Shown here in pieces: positions 49,444 through 64,000 of a stretch of DNA of 64,000 bases. Under the pieces are notes generated by a model. The model searched no databases. It was given only the letters and a program-made list of their open reading frames with translations, and was not told the origin of the DNA. The translations under genes were made by a program, and so were the position numbers. Origin of the DNA: Octopus bimaculoides (lineage: Eukaryota); assembly GCF_001194135.2 (NCBI RefSeq), contig NC_068986.1, forward strand, positions 14,780,727 through 14,844,726, written 5' to 3'. Every line of letters starts with the position of its first letter. The stretch's first letter is position 1.

Positions 49444-49449
49444 TAATAG

Positions 49450-50700
49450 TGTCTTAAGTCTCACAGATATGCTTCACCCAGTGCATATTTACTCATACTG
49501 AGAGAAGCTAGAATCTGCCACACTTGTCGACTCATGGTATTCTAGTTCGCTGTCCCGTTTCCGCTCGAATCAACCCTTGCGAAACCTATCCTCAAAGAAT
49601 ACTTTACAAAATTACTGTCTCCTTGTTGTTATCACGACTCCAAAAGTTCTGTGTTCTGGTTCATCGGGTGTTGTTCGACTGTGGAGCTTTTATAGCCATT
49701 CCATTATCTAGAATGGCTTGATATTCGTCATACTTCGTCATTTAGCGCAGGGACTTATTATTTTTTTATTTGTTTTGTTATTATACATGGACCATTGTGT
49801 AGGCTGCATCTCTCTTTCGTGATCCCAATAATATTCACACTTATCGAAGGTGATTGTCAAGTTATTAGAAACTCCCATGCATTTATTTACCTTCATTTAT
49901 TTTTCTTTTATCTTTCTTTCCTTACTTAGAATTTTCCGATCATTATTCAATCTCCTTCAGTAGCGCAGATCGGTGCAGCACAGTTATCTAATGCTGCTGT
50001 TCGTGACCTCTCCCTGTTTTTGTGATCCAGTAAGACACTCTTGTGTCTTTTACGACGTTGAAACACTTAGTACTGATGATACTGAAAAGAAAGTAATTTT
50101 GCACATTTTCCCGTGTAATTTTGGAGTTGTAACCAGGGTTACCCTGGCAAAAAAAAATGTAGTAGTAATTCCGGTTTTCACCTCTATGTTCATCTTTTCT
50201 TATTTACCATTGTGTCAGCTGCTGTAATCAACTCTCTTTATTTCTCCAGCCGTCATGTTTCTTCTGAGCTGTAATACACAAGCTGCCTTCATTTTTATAC
50301 GAATATCTATTTGGATTTTCTCCTTGCAACACAAAGCAGAGAGTTTCTCGCATCACATTGTGCACCGAGTGTTTGCAGCATTGTATTTCCAGGATGAAGA
50401 ATTTTGAATGCTGAATGCATAAGTTTCGATTTGTCGCATGGTTTGGATTTCTTTTCTTCCTCTCTGATATCCATTTAGTGCCACGTGTTGTTTTGTTTAT
50501 TACCTTGCATAACTTTAATATGACATGTCTTAATGTGGTCAATGGTGATTATGTGGATATAGGATGCGATTCTGTGTCAAAGTGTGATATGATACCGTGT
50601 GTTATGTGCGCTCGTAGTGTGGTGCTATGCATTTATGTGGCAATTATCTAGCATGCAAATTGTGTAAGTTACAGTAGGGTTGTAGGTTCAGATTAGGTTT
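49450..50700 (-). mobile_element. Heavily decayed RTE-like LINE fragment (RT N-terminal part and upstream region)
   Basis: Interrupted remnants resembling LPKKG..L..NYRGI and TPD..T..F motifs; many frameshifts. Confidence 0.4.
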
Positions 50701-51549
50701 GCGTACGAGTATCTATAATGTGTCTATCAAGAGAATGCACCAGTTTGAGCGGAAAAATAAAGCAAAGAACAAGAAAAATAATGCCTTGTGCTTTTTATTG
50801 ATGTTTCAGTACATTCAAAGTTCAAATAGAGTAGAAAAGCACACTGCATTTTGTCCTCTGGTCATAGATAACATAAACTACCAATGAAATAATTCAAAGA
50901 ATATATTACGCATTCTCTTAAAATGCATCGTTTTGTATCTACTTTAGAAATCAATACAGATACTTTTGAAGAGATTTCTTTATTGTGCTTCCTGTGAAAA
51001 CGTGTGTTTGTTGCCTGTTGTCCAGTCATTTTACAGGAGGTAAACGCATCTAGATTAAAGGTTTGAATTTCAAATCAAAAGACAACGGATACGCATAAAA
51101 GATAACCACGAAGCGGTGGCGAACAATTCCTTATTTTAAAAGTAACCTGAAAGGCGTGGCTGGGGGCCATCAAGCTTCGGAGTTATTTTGCTGGGTTTAG
51201 AAAATTTGGAGGACCTCTTCAATAAGTGTGTGCATCTGAGAGGGGAATATGTTGAATAGAATCATAATTAAGTGATTCTCTTGTATTTTCTTTCCCCCAA
51301 AGACAGGAACTTACAGCACCACCTCGTATTTATTTCTGTTTACAAGTAGTTATATATTTTCTTCCTTGTATGTATAATGAAAGCTTACTGTTTTGGTTAC
51401 GTATTTGTCTATGTATTCCTTAACCATTTGTCAAGCAATTATTATTAAAGTGGTTGTTTCTCTTTTCAGTTCCCACATTCAACTTTACTGTAGACTTTCA
51501 TAATCAAATAATTTTAAATACATATCATCTTCGCCTATTTACTCTATTA

Positions 51550-52035
<486 letters not shown>

Positions 52036-52049
52036 TATTGAGAGTAAAA

Positions 52050-52730
52050 CATAAACCGGTATGCGCTTTCTCATCTGGACCTTCTTGACAACATATCCAA
52101 TGGATTTCATTCGACTTCCCTATACACGGACTATCATATTTGTCGTTGGTCGACAATGCTTCAGTGAAAGTAACTCAACCACATCTGTTGCGCCGTACTA
52201 TTTCCAGACGCACGTTCACAGCCTCAAGTACATTTACCACCTTTCTACATGTTACGCTACCAAGAAAAGACAAGTCAATATGTTTGTAGAATCCATGACG
52301 GCGCAGGAGATGCTTACATTGGTTAACTATAACCGTAAGTATGTACTTAAGGGCCACTACCTCTGGATATTCTATAGGGGTTTATTTCCTTGGCGTTTAC
52401 TAAACGCTCGACAAGTCCTCACCTCAATGTCGTTGGGGTGTTTGGTTGTTGTGGGCATGATTTATGTGGAACATATTCCACGGTTTTTTCTTTCAAACTT
52501 GCATTGGTTTGGTGCAACTAGTGTCACGGGCCAAATACTTGGTATTTGTTTGCAGTCACCATCTGTTAGATGTGCAGCTAAAGAGCCGAACGACCACATC
52601 TACTCTGACTTTCTTACGGAGGCAATTCTGTGCCATAGCTGGGACCCTTCGTGGTGTTAATACACAAAGTAACAGTACACCAGATAATGACAGTGGCTAA
52701 GCGATGGTTCCACTGTTTCCGAAGCCCTCA
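52050..52730 (-). mobile_element. Probable Gypsy LTR-retrotransposon integrase core/C-terminal relic
   Basis: Interrupted MWSFGSLAAHLTDGD..Q (resembling FSRFG.P..I.TDNG.QF), GLVERLV (resembling NG.VER.V), SIVDQ (resembling RHVDQ). Confidence 0.45.
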
Positions 52731-53049
52731 AACATCCGGAACTAGATCTCGCCACCGAATGCAGTTTAAAGTCAGGACTTGTTGGTAGATATTTCATACT
52801 TCAGAGAAAGAGCCCAGTGTAGGAAAATTACTGATCTTCTGTTCTATATTGTGGGTTGTTTATCAATTTTGACGGATGAAAAGATTAACTGGGTATGTGA
52901 GCAGTGCTTTTGTGTATTTGGCGTGGACGACTAGAAGGTGAGAATATTATATACACAAACAAAATAGCATAAAATTCAATTGGATAAAACTGAGTGGGCT
53001 TAAAGAGAAATCACAGCACACAATATAATAAACAACGATGAAACAGTCG

Positions 53050-53640
53050 AAATAGGAATAATAAAAGCTCTGTGATAAGAAAAACGCGTCCAAACAGCGC
53101 CATACAATTGGTAGTCCAATCCATTCTTAAGGAAAATGAGAACACGGTAATAGGATGAAGATCAAATGTGAACAGCAGAAATAACTCTGCTTACAGAACC
53201 GCGAAAAAATAATTTAACATACAACTGCCGCCAAAAAAAGAAAGATAAGCTTAGCAACAATTGCATTATAAAGAATTTGGCTTACAAATGTGAAGTGAAG
53301 ATGGACACACAGAAATGTGTGTATATTGGTGATACCGGAGGCAACGTGAAAAATCGTCTGCGCAACTATTTTACGTCATTTTACAATGTAAAGAAAAGGC
53401 ACTCCACATCTTTATCTAACCGCATCTGGAAGTTCAAATAAAAAGGAGTGGAGAATAAGACCCTCTGTTCTACAGTAAAAATTGCTGCACATACAATAGA
53501 ACATCGCTGGGGTGCAATTTATGTCTAGAGGGAACTCTGGAGATCATCACATCTACAGTAAACAGGATTAATAGACACTCAGAAATAATTTTGCCATGTA
53601 TGCATATAAGCAAGGAATTATTCTTAAAACTAAAAAAATA
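53050..53640 (+). mobile_element. Penelope-like element GIY-YIG endonuclease 3' fragment
   Basis: YNCRQ...NNCIIKNLAYKCEV...CVYIGDTGGNVKNRLRNYFTSF...HSTSLSNRIWKFK, then after a frameshift CNLCLE...INRHSEIILPCMH...*. Confidence 0.82.
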
Positions 53641-54427
53641 AACATTTTGAAACAGAAAAAAAAATTAAACCGCCTTTAACATATAATGGAACAAGAGAAG
53701 AACATATAAAGAGCTCCGCAAATTTACCACGATTTTTATATGTTGTATCATTATACCACCAACAGTAATTAAAAGGACATGTTAAGAGAATATCAGTTGT
53801 CAGCTCAGACAATGAAATTCCAAAAACTGAATAGTTGTACTTAGTGACCCTGCTACATCTGACTTCATTGAGGTAAAACACCTGCTATGATTAAGGTCAA
53901 ACAAACGAAGTATATTTCCCACCCTATCATTTGCGTACTCAAATATCAAAATAAGACTAACGTCCCCACCCACACATCTCACTCTACTTTATAGCAACCG
54001 TTACTTTCACTCTTTCAATCACCTTCTCCTCTCCACCAAATACGCACAGAACAGTCCACATACTCCAAGGAAGCTTTTCATGTATGTATGTATGTATGTA
54101 TGGTTGCATGTACCACACTCGCTCCTTCACAAGGCATTGGTTGTTCCGCATTTATAGCACATTACTCTGACTCAACATGCCCCGAGGTCGGACTGAACAT
54201 AATACAACGTGGCTGCAAAACATCTAAACGACGAATACATAAAGATATACGGCTGTGTAGGAAAACATATTCATCTAAGCTTCTGACATAACGGCAAGGA
54301 AATATAACCAAGAGAAACTTATTTATTATCTAGTTTTAGTTTTCAAATATCATTTAAACACTTTTCTGTTGCTAACGTGCCAACATGACAGAATTTCAAA
54401 AATAATTTATTCTACTATTTCTACTAC

Positions 54428-54491
<64 letters not shown>

Positions 54492-54501
54492 GTTGATGGT
54501 G

Positions 54502-54532
<31 letters not shown>

Positions 54533-54999
54533 CATTTCGTGTTTATATCAAATCTTTCCATTATATCTCAAATTATCCACAATACAAGGCATTTGCGTAT
54601 GAGGGATTTATATTTGTGAGAAGAGGAAAATAANNNNNNNNNNNNNNNNNNNNNNNNNNNNNNNNNNNNNNNNNNNNNNNNNNNNNNNNNNNNNNNNNNN
54701 NNNNNNNNNNNNNNNNNNNNNNNNNNNNNNNNNNNNNNNNNNNNNNNNNNNNNNNNNNNNNNNNNNNNNNNNNNNNNNNNNNNNNNNNNNNNNNNNNNNN
54801 NNNNNNNNNNNNNNNNNNNNNNNNNNNNNNNNNNNNNNNNNNNNNNNNNNNNNNNNNNNNNNNNNNNNNNNNNNNNNNNNNNNNNNNNNNNNNNNNNNNN
54901 NNNNNNNNNNNNNNNNNNNNNNNNNNNNNNNNNNNNNNNNNNNNNNNNNNNNNNNNNNNNNNNNNNNNNNNNNNNNNNNNNNNNNNNNNNNNNNNNNNN

Positions 55000-55040
<41 letters not shown>

Positions 55041-55062
55041 GTATATATATATGCATATATAT

Positions 55063-55094
<32 letters not shown>

Positions 55095-55214
55095 TTTATA
55101 ACTTAACATATTTTATAATTATATATATTTAGTATATATGTGTGGGTGTAGTTTATATGGAAACATATATGTATATACATTACATATATATTTATACACA
55201 CACATATATATCAT

Positions 55215-55283
<69 letters not shown>

Positions 55284-56569
55284 CTATATATATATGTGTT
55301 TGTGTGTGAGTGTGTGTGGAAATTATTTTCCTCTTGACATATCATTTTCTTACGTATATGAGATTTTTTAGCCACATTGAATCCTGTACTTAAATAACAG
55401 CCAACCTACTGGCGCACTGCATTTTACTATATTCACAAATACAGTTATGGAGAAGAAATCTTCAAAATTATGGTTCCGGCTTTACCAATTTTTTTTTTTT
55501 TCAAAAATATATATTTCTATTAAAACGTATGCCAAATCGATTTACGTTTCCAATATGTTATTATATACATGTACATTTACACAAGCATTTGTAACCGCAC
55601 ACGGGTTCACGCATATATTTCAAAATACATATATACGAGTACGTACAATATGAGAGGTAGATAATACCTCTTTTTGAGTTACTGGATAAAATGTATGAAT
55701 ATTGGCCTGAGATTGTAATGTTATCAACAAATGTATTAAAAACCTATCCGTGAATTCAATAGCAAGGATTTCACACATTTCTGTGCATATATATATATAT
55801 ATANNNNNNNNNNNNNNNNNNNNNNNNNNNNNNNNNNNNNNNNNNNNNNNNNNNNNNNNNNNNNNNNNNNNNNNNNNNNNNNNNNNNNNNNNNNNNNNNN
55901 NNNNNNNNNNNNNNNNNNNNNNNNNNNNNNNNNNNNNNNNNNNNNNNNNNNNNNNNNNNNNNNNNNNNNNNNNNNNNNNNNNNNNNNNNNNNNNNNNNNN
56001 NNNNNNNNNNNNNNNNNNNNNNNNNNNNNNNNNNNNNNNNNNNNNNNNNNNNNNNNNNNNNNNNNNNNNNNNNNNNNNNNNNNNNNNNNNNNNNNNNNNN
56101 NNNNNNNNNNNNNNNNNNNNNNNNNNTATATATATACATATAAATTTTGTATGAATCTTTTCCTCTACCTTTTAGTCCTCCTCATACTTTCTTCCACTTT
56201 TCACACTCTCGCTCCCCCTCTTTCTCTCTCATATTTTTGGGCCCTCTTTTTCTTAGATTCGTTCTCAATCGAAAGACACCCGTTGTTATATTCTTGTTAT
56301 TTTTGTTTGTAATTTTGCACCTTGTTCCCTGTGCCACTTTATTAAAATCGATCTGCACTCTTCAAACCTTGCACTAAATATAAGTATAATGTAAAATTAC
56401 TATCTGTTTTTATTGCAAGTTGATGCAGGTAATTTATCCCGTCCCACTCCAACTTTTAGTTCATGCAATAGAAGAAACCGCATTGTTTATGGGATGACCA
56501 AATAGATATAGATACAAATAACTAGCTAGCTAGCTAGATGAATAGATAGCTAGATAAATAAATAAATAT

Positions 56570-56622
<53 letters not shown>

Positions 56623-57408
56623 CAGGTAGACAGACATATAGTCAGACAGCCAGACAGCCAGACATATAAATAGATAGTTAGATACATACATACATACATA
56701 CATACATACATACATACACACACATTCATAAGAACATATCTACATAGTTACACGATCCACCCATACATGCATGATACATACAAATGCACATGTATATATC
56801 ATAGAGGTCAGATGTGCTGCTCATATGGACTGTCGAAGAGATATGGTAAGGGATATGGTACGGTTTCAGATTAAGAAACTCAAGAACTAAGACTTTTCTC
56901 AATTTTAAAATGTGACATTGAAAATGAGAAGCGCCTGTGCTTTCATATACAGTTATGTTTACGCAGACACGCACATAACCACAAACACATGCACGTCCAC
57001 AAACACACACATACCCTCACAAACATACACATACATATGTCCGTAATATGATGTTCCATTAGCAAAGTTAGATAATCCGTTCCCAGTCCTGCTAGTGTTG
57101 TGTGTAAGCATATGCATTATGATACATTGACGCCTAAAAACCACTTAAAATGTTTAAGTGATCGACAAAATAAAGAGCACAACCTCATCAAATCTATATG
57201 AGGAGCATCATTCATTTTTTAAAGAAACATCAACAAAATGTGTGGCAACATTATATCTCAAAGTTCTTCGTATTCATGAGATTTTAGAAATTAAATATTT
57301 AAATTTATTATATTAAGCATTAATTTTCAGATTTATTCAATGTAATATAGCTGACGCTTCCTAATCCAATTAACTTTTATTTCTATTCTTTAGCATTTTC
57401 CCCTTCAG

Positions 57409-57498
57409 CATACTTCTCCATGTACGAGCAAATACCTATCAATCTATCGAATTGCCTCCAAGTCTCGTATTAAATATGTGAGGTTCTATACGCGCAAC
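57409..57498 (+). CDS. Candidate 90-bp phase 0/0 exon, peptide HTSPCTSKYLSIYRIASKSRIKYVRFYTRN
   Basis: Very strong acceptor (ttttatttctattctttagcattttccccttcAG), donor AC|GTAAGA at 57499, length a multiple of 3, only one frame open; lies in unique sequence. Confidence 0.38.
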
Positions 57499-58498
57499 GT
57501 AAGATACGAACATAAAGGAAATGGCTGTATTATCATATTAATTATGTTTGGTTTTCATACGCCATTTCTATCGACGCTCTCTGTATTAAGCAACGCTTTT
57601 ACTTCCTAAAATTCCACAAACGTGTCTTCCATTTACTCATCAAAATCGTTCGATGCTCGAGAATAAAGCTTTGATCTTTTCTTTTCTTTTTTTTTTAAGC
57701 TATTGTTAATCCCGCCATTTTGAGAGCGTTCCTTAAATCTAACCAACTCGTATAATAACAACCCTACCGACGTTAACTATATAAGCCAATATCATTTTCT
57801 ATTATTTCTTTCTATGTATACTGTCCTTGATTTTATTTATTTTCGTTTTTGTATATTTCTACTTATTTATATTTTTGTCGGTACGTATTCCATCTTGAGC
57901 TTTTCGAATACCACCACATTTATTGCAAGGAATTAAAGTTAATTACGAAGCCGTTGTTATTTGTAGCAATTTAAATATGAAAAGAGAGTTCTTTTTTTTT
58001 TTATCTTTTCCTTCGAAGTGAAAGGTCGTTGCCAACAATGCTTTATAATATTATCAGCATTGTTGCGCTGCTGCTGCTGCTTGTTGCTTTCAATCTAACC
58101 ACCTCTTCAGCTACTCGTATTATTTTGATAAGGAACTTTTATTGAAGTTTCTGAAAGGCAATAAAACAAGGTAAGGGGAGCTAACCAATTTTATGATAGT
58201 TTCTGTCCGTAGAAAATAGCAAAACCAATTATATTAGCTAATCTCAAACGTAGCATCTTTGTAATGCGTATCCTGAAGCTTCGCCAAAGAAATTACCAAA
58301 AACGCATCACATCCTTCGAAATGGATCATAAAACCGTTAGAAATCTCTTTTATATTTGCTATAGATTGTAATTTTTGCTTTCACTCTCGCTCTTCCTTTC
58401 CCCCTCTCTGTGTCTCTCTCCCCCTCTCCTTCTCCTCCACAGTGTCTCCCCTCCTTATCTTCTCCTTTCTTTCCCTATACTCACACACATATATTTGC

Positions 58499-58542
<44 letters not shown>

Positions 58543-59175
58543 NNNNNNNNNNNNNNNNNNNNNNNNNNNNNNNNNNNNNNNNNNNNNNNNNNNNNNNNNN
58601 NNNNNNNNNNNNNNNNNNNNNNNNNNNNNNNNNNNNNNNNNNNNNNNNNNNNNNNNNNNNNNNNNNNNNNNNNNNNNNTATATATATACATATATATATA
58701 TATATATACATACATACATACGCATATACATACACACATACGGTCACACACAGACATAGATAGATATACACATGTAAAGTTATGTAAGTAGACAGGCAGG
58801 TATCAATATTACGTTTATGCGTGTGTGTCTCCATGTATGTATGTACACCTATACCATGTATAAGTTGATATTTTCTGTGTATATGTATACCCATGGATGT
58901 GTGTTTGTGTATGCATGTATGCATGTATGTATGTATATATATATATACACAGCTGTGTGGAGGTATACATCTATACAATCATGAAAACATACACACGTGC
59001 ACACGTATTCACACACATATCCACATATATATGATAATATAATTTTTGCTTCATATTTGGAAGACTCTAGACTTGATTGTTTTATGTAGATTTGTTTCCC
59101 TTGTTCCATCTTCTTCAATTATTTTGCTATTTTTTCTATTTGTAATCTATAATTACACATACAAACACACACACA

Positions 59176-59268
<93 letters not shown>

Positions 59269-59749
59269 ATTTTATCATTTGCGTTTGTCAGGCGCGTTGT
59301 TAATGTCGTCATCATAAAATGCCATGTCTATCATTTGCTATCATTGAGATAAACCCTTCACAGCGGACATGAAATTTTGAGCAACAGATATAAAAAAAAA
59401 TATCGCTGATTCTAGCTCGGTCCTCAACACAACGGCATTACCACTGCGATATCTAGCAATACGAACCTTATCTCTACCACTAAATCACCACGAAAACCAT
59501 CAACTACACCGACAATATCATCCCGAAATCAATACTACCAAAAACCACTATGGCAGTTACTCCTAACACCACCAACCTTATTGCAATCGTCTCCCTTAGT
59601 AAAAATAGGAAAGCAATCTATGGTGAGGATGACCACCAGAATAAAGTCACAAAAAAACAATAGGAAATCATAATTAGTGCCATTAATTTCATCGGCGTTA
59701 TCCTCAAACATTCCCATGTACGTCTATCTTCTCCTTGTTTTTCTTCGCT

Positions 59750-59806
59750 TCGTTTTCATCATCATCATCATCACAGATATCGGCGTCATCATCATCATGA
59801 TCGTCG

Positions 59807-59842
<36 letters not shown>

Positions 59843-60590
59843 CCATCATCACAATCATCATCATCATCGTAGTCATCATCATCATCGTCATAATCGTCAT
59901 CATCATCATCGACATAATCGTCATCATCATCATCATCATTACCGATATCGTCGTCATCATTTTCATTATTATCAGCCGCACCATCATCATCATCATCATC
60001 GTCATCGTCGTCATCATCATCATCATCATCATCAGCTTCCTCCTCCTATTCATCAGCATGGTCATCACCATCATCACCATCACCGTCCTTCTCCTTCACC
60101 TCCTCCTCATCCTCATCATCATCGTCATTAACATCCTCCTACACCACCTCTACCTCATCATCATCATCATCGTCATCATCATCATCGTCATTCCCATGAT
60201 CATATTCCTCATGAACATTTTATGGCTGCCAACGTTATCGTCGTCATCACAATCACCATTACCATTTTAAACATCTCAGCCACCACCATTGAAATTCTTC
60301 TACACTCCATCCTCCTCCACATCATCATCAGCGGCAGCAATATCACAATATCATAATTTTGATAACCACCAACGTAATCATCATCATCACCACCATCATT
60401 ATCATCATCACGATCATCACCATGATCGTCAACCAACATCATCCCCACCACCACCACCACCACAACAAAAACAACAATAACAACGGCATTGATATTATCA
60501 TCAAATTCAGCAGCACCATCCTGACCATCATCATCGTCACGATTGGTGTCTGTAGCGGTTATTGTAGCAGCAACATCACCACCAACGTCA
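59750..60590. repeat. Degenerate (CAT/CGT/CAC)n low-complexity tract
   Basis: Direct reading; source of the poly-I/M ORFs. Confidence 0.9.
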
Positions 60591-61171
60591 AATGAAAGAG
60601 GAAAGGCGAAATCTGCAACATGGCGATAAACCGAGATACAAACATAAAAATGCGAGATAAAGACAGATTAGAATGCCAAATGGGGACAGGAATTCGTTGG
60701 GAGAGACACACACATAGGTATCACAGGATGTAGAAATTCAGAGCGACAGGGCAACAAAAGTCGCTGACGCTTTCCTATAAATATTTGTGTATATACATTT
60801 CATGGAAACACAAACACGGATCCCGAGAGGGTGAAGCATCATATATAGTGACACCTGCATATATATATAATATATTTGTATGTATATATGCATATGCATA
60901 TATATATATATATATATATNNNNNNNNNNNNNNNNNNNNNNNNNNNNNNNNNNNNNNNNNNNNNNNNNNNNNNNNNNNNNNNNNNNNNNNNNNNNNNNNN
61001 NNNNNNNNNNNNNNNNNNNNNNNNNNNNNNNNNNNNNNNNNNNNNNNNNNNNNNNNNNNNNNNNNNNNNNNNNNNNNNNNNNNNNNNNNNNNNNNNNNNN
61101 NNNNNNNNNNNNNNNNNNNNNNNNNNNNNNNNNNNNNNNNNNNNNNNNNNNNNNNNNNNNNNNNNNNNNNN

Positions 61172-61273
<102 letters not shown>

Positions 61274-61705
61274 CATATATATATGTCAATATATATATAT
61301 ATGTATATTTATACACATAAATATACATATATATATATACATACATACATACACACATACATACATACATACATGCATGCATACATACATACACATATAT
61401 ATTTATATATTGGCAACTCAAAAGTAAAAGACAGGAAGAAAACAAAAGTCAATTGGAATAAAAAGTGAATATCTGAGCCAGGACTCAGCGTAAGTTTTAG
61501 ACAGGAAAAATATGATTGGAACTGATTTGAGCTTGACTCTTCGGCGGTAAGAGGGAAAATGTAATTGAGAGGGCAAAAGGAGGAAAAAAGAAGTGTGCGC
61601 ATACTTATTATCTGATGCATGTGTGTGTTTATTTGTTCTTCTCTCTGTCTGTCTGCCTGTCTGTCTTTACGTGTGGCTGTCTGTCTGTCTGTATGTGTGT
61701 ATGTA

Positions 61706-62946
61706 TTAGGTTGTTTCACATGAAATGTCGCATTTTCAAGTACTTGCTATGTCAGTAATTTAAAAGTTATACATAATTATGTATAACTTGCATTTAATTT
61801 TGACCCTTATTCTTTCTTAATATTAGTACACAAAATTTGTACCCACAGATCTTATGAAAATGATGATAACCAATCTATGTTGAGTGGTTTTCTTGTATGA
61901 GTACTAACTGGGTCACTCTGCCGCAGGATCTCTACAGAATATTACACGGGCCTTTGGTAATGGTATCGTTGATATCAGAACTGTTCAGAGATGGTTCCAA
62001 AGCTCTCGTTCAGGAGATGATAGCCTTGAGAATAAGCCAAGGGGCAGGCCAAATTCAGTTATTCGGCATGATGGATAATATGCTTTGGTGGAACAAAATC
62101 CGAGAATATAGGTTCTGAAAATTTCATCAGAACTCCAAACATCTCGCACAACTGTTTTTGGACTCCTGTATATAATTGGAAAAGTCACGAAGACGGATAG
62201 GTTTGTTCCACATCAACTGATCGAGATTCAGAAAAACAGACGCGCTCCTCATTGATTTCTCGACTGGAAAAATGCTATTTGTTCATCAATCATTACTCGT
62301 GATGAGAAATGGATTCTCTTTGACAACAGCAGGAGAACAGGACAGTGATTGGATGCAGGAGAGTCTTCTTAGCACTACCCAAACTCACCGTTGCACCTGA
62401 AAAGGTTAATGGTCACCATATGGTGGTCTGTGAAGGAAATTATTCATTATTCATTTTTGCAAAATGGACAAAACGGTGACAGCAACATTGTAGTGCAAGG
62501 AAATTAATTGTATAAGTTAGAATTTGAAAAAGAAGCAACCCAGATTAGTGAATAGAGATCGCCCAATTTTTCTCCAAGGCAATGCACGTCCTCACACTCC
62601 TCAAGGTACGATCCAAAAGCTGCAAGCCTGAATTATGAGATTTTGCAGTATCTTCCCTATTCCCCTGATATCTTTCCTACTGATTATCACTTATTTAAGC
62701 AGTTTGAGCTTTTCATGAACAATAAAATATTTTTAAATAGTGACGAGGTAATTTGAAGCTTTCGGACAGTTTATCACAGCAAAAGATGATTTTTTTATAA
62801 AGCTGGAATAATGACATAGAGAAACGTTGGGTAACCGTCATAAATGAGCATGGATCAAACTTGGATTAAATAAATCAATTCTCTAACACTTCTGAAACAT
62901 TTTATTGTTACCTTTCAAATACGACGTTTCATTTGAAACAATCTAA
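61706..62946 (+). mobile_element. Full-length decayed mariner transposon (Hsmar1/cecropia-like), 1241 bp
   Basis: TA flanks at 61704-05 and 62947-48; TIR ttaggttgtttcacatgaaatgtcgcatt versus reverse complement ttagattgtttcaaatgaaacgtcgtatt; transposase remnants RTVQRWF, FVPHQL, ITRDEKWILFDN, GNARPH, YSPDIFPTDYHLF. Confidence 0.93.
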
Positions 62947-63221
62947 TATCTATTTTGTTTCAGTATTTGGACTGCAACCATGTCGCATTTGTATTCATAT
63001 ATACTGCAAGAACTCTAAGACTCAGACATTTTATCAAGAAATCTTAGGCATCGAAAGTTGTTGAGATTCATTGGTAAGGTGATAAATTTTATGAAAACAT
63101 ATATCTGTGTATGTGTGTGTGCTGTTGTGTCCTTGCAAATATTACATGCGTACATAGATATTTTTTGTGTATGTATGTGTGTGTATGTGTGTGAGCATTC
63201 AGGTATTATATGAATACAGTC

Positions 63222-63277
<56 letters not shown>

Positions 63278-63339
63278 NNNNNNNNNNNNNNNNNNNNNNN
63301 NNNNNNNNNNNNNNNNNNNNNNNNNNNNNNNNNNNNNNN

Positions 63340-63390
<51 letters not shown>

Positions 63391-64000
63391 ACATGAATTT
63401 TTTTATACGTATATATGTATATATATGTATATCTGTGTGTGTGCGCGCGTCTGTGTGTGTGCGTGTGTGTGTATTCATGCTTGTATGTATATATAGAGGT
63501 ATGTATATATGCATATGATGGAGTTGTTAGCAGTGCACATCTATTTATGCGAACAATAAAATATTACAAGACCATAGAAATAGTAAAACCCAATACATAC
63601 ATGGGAAGGTAAGATTTATCAATTCTGTGCTGTGTAACAACGAGAGGACGTTTCAGAAACAATGGTCATTATTCTATAGAAAGCAACGAGATTCTACGAG
63701 ATAATACTTATGCGGTCAGCTCTGTGGACATTAAAAATAGCAACAATTTCATCGAATCAATGTAATAGGGAAGCTATAAAAATAAGAGACCAGTGTGTCT
63801 TTTGTAACGGTATCTATAAAACGTCCAACCATCGATAATTTCGGTACAGCTATGCATATTTTTTTTTTAATAGGTGTATGGGGGGAGGTGAATGATTTAT
63901 TTTCTATTGGTGTGTGTGTGGGAGGGAGGGGTGATTTAATTTATGCTCTACTTATGTATATATCTGCTTCTGTATGAATATACATATACATACATATATA

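Noticed and set aside
63531-63608. Possible 78-bp phase 0/0 exon (QCTSIYANNKILQDHRNSKTQYIHGK) with donor AAG|GTAAGA
   Set aside because: The acceptor lacks a polypyrimidine tract and sits beside a microsatellite; too weak to list as a feature.

Overview
Gap-ridden, AT-rich animal genomic DNA. The repeat content (tRNA-headed SINE families, microsatellite density, R4/Dong, RTE, Tx1 and Penelope relics) points to a coleoid cephalopod, most likely Octopus; this is inference. There is no intact gene, rRNA, true tRNA or CRISPR array, and most long ORFs in the supplied track are microsatellite or N-gap artefacts. The window looks like intronic or intergenic space. A few short + strand candidate exons (1-44, 235-300, 4001-4039, 57409-57498) may belong to an unidentified host gene. 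Otherwise it is filled with at least five SINE families, two mariner copies with TIRs and TA TSDs, MITEs, a stack of R4/Dong LINE fragments at (AAT)n tracts, RTE, Tx1/L1, CR1-like and Gypsy fragments, and several Penelope-like element (PLE) relics. The most notable object is a decayed PLE at ~22820-25610. Its 5' half (+ strand) encodes, in one nearly continuous ORF, a 2A-like EPNPGP motif, the PLE N-terminal region, an Ulp1/SENP-like (peptidase C48) cysteine-protease domain and the pre-RT motifs. Its 3' half (RT DD motif, thumb, Cys linker, GIY-YIG start) sits directly adjacent in inverted orientation. Several degenerate hammerhead-ribozyme-like motifs of the kind associated with PLEs are also present. 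All domain calls come from manual translation and motif recognition, not database searches.
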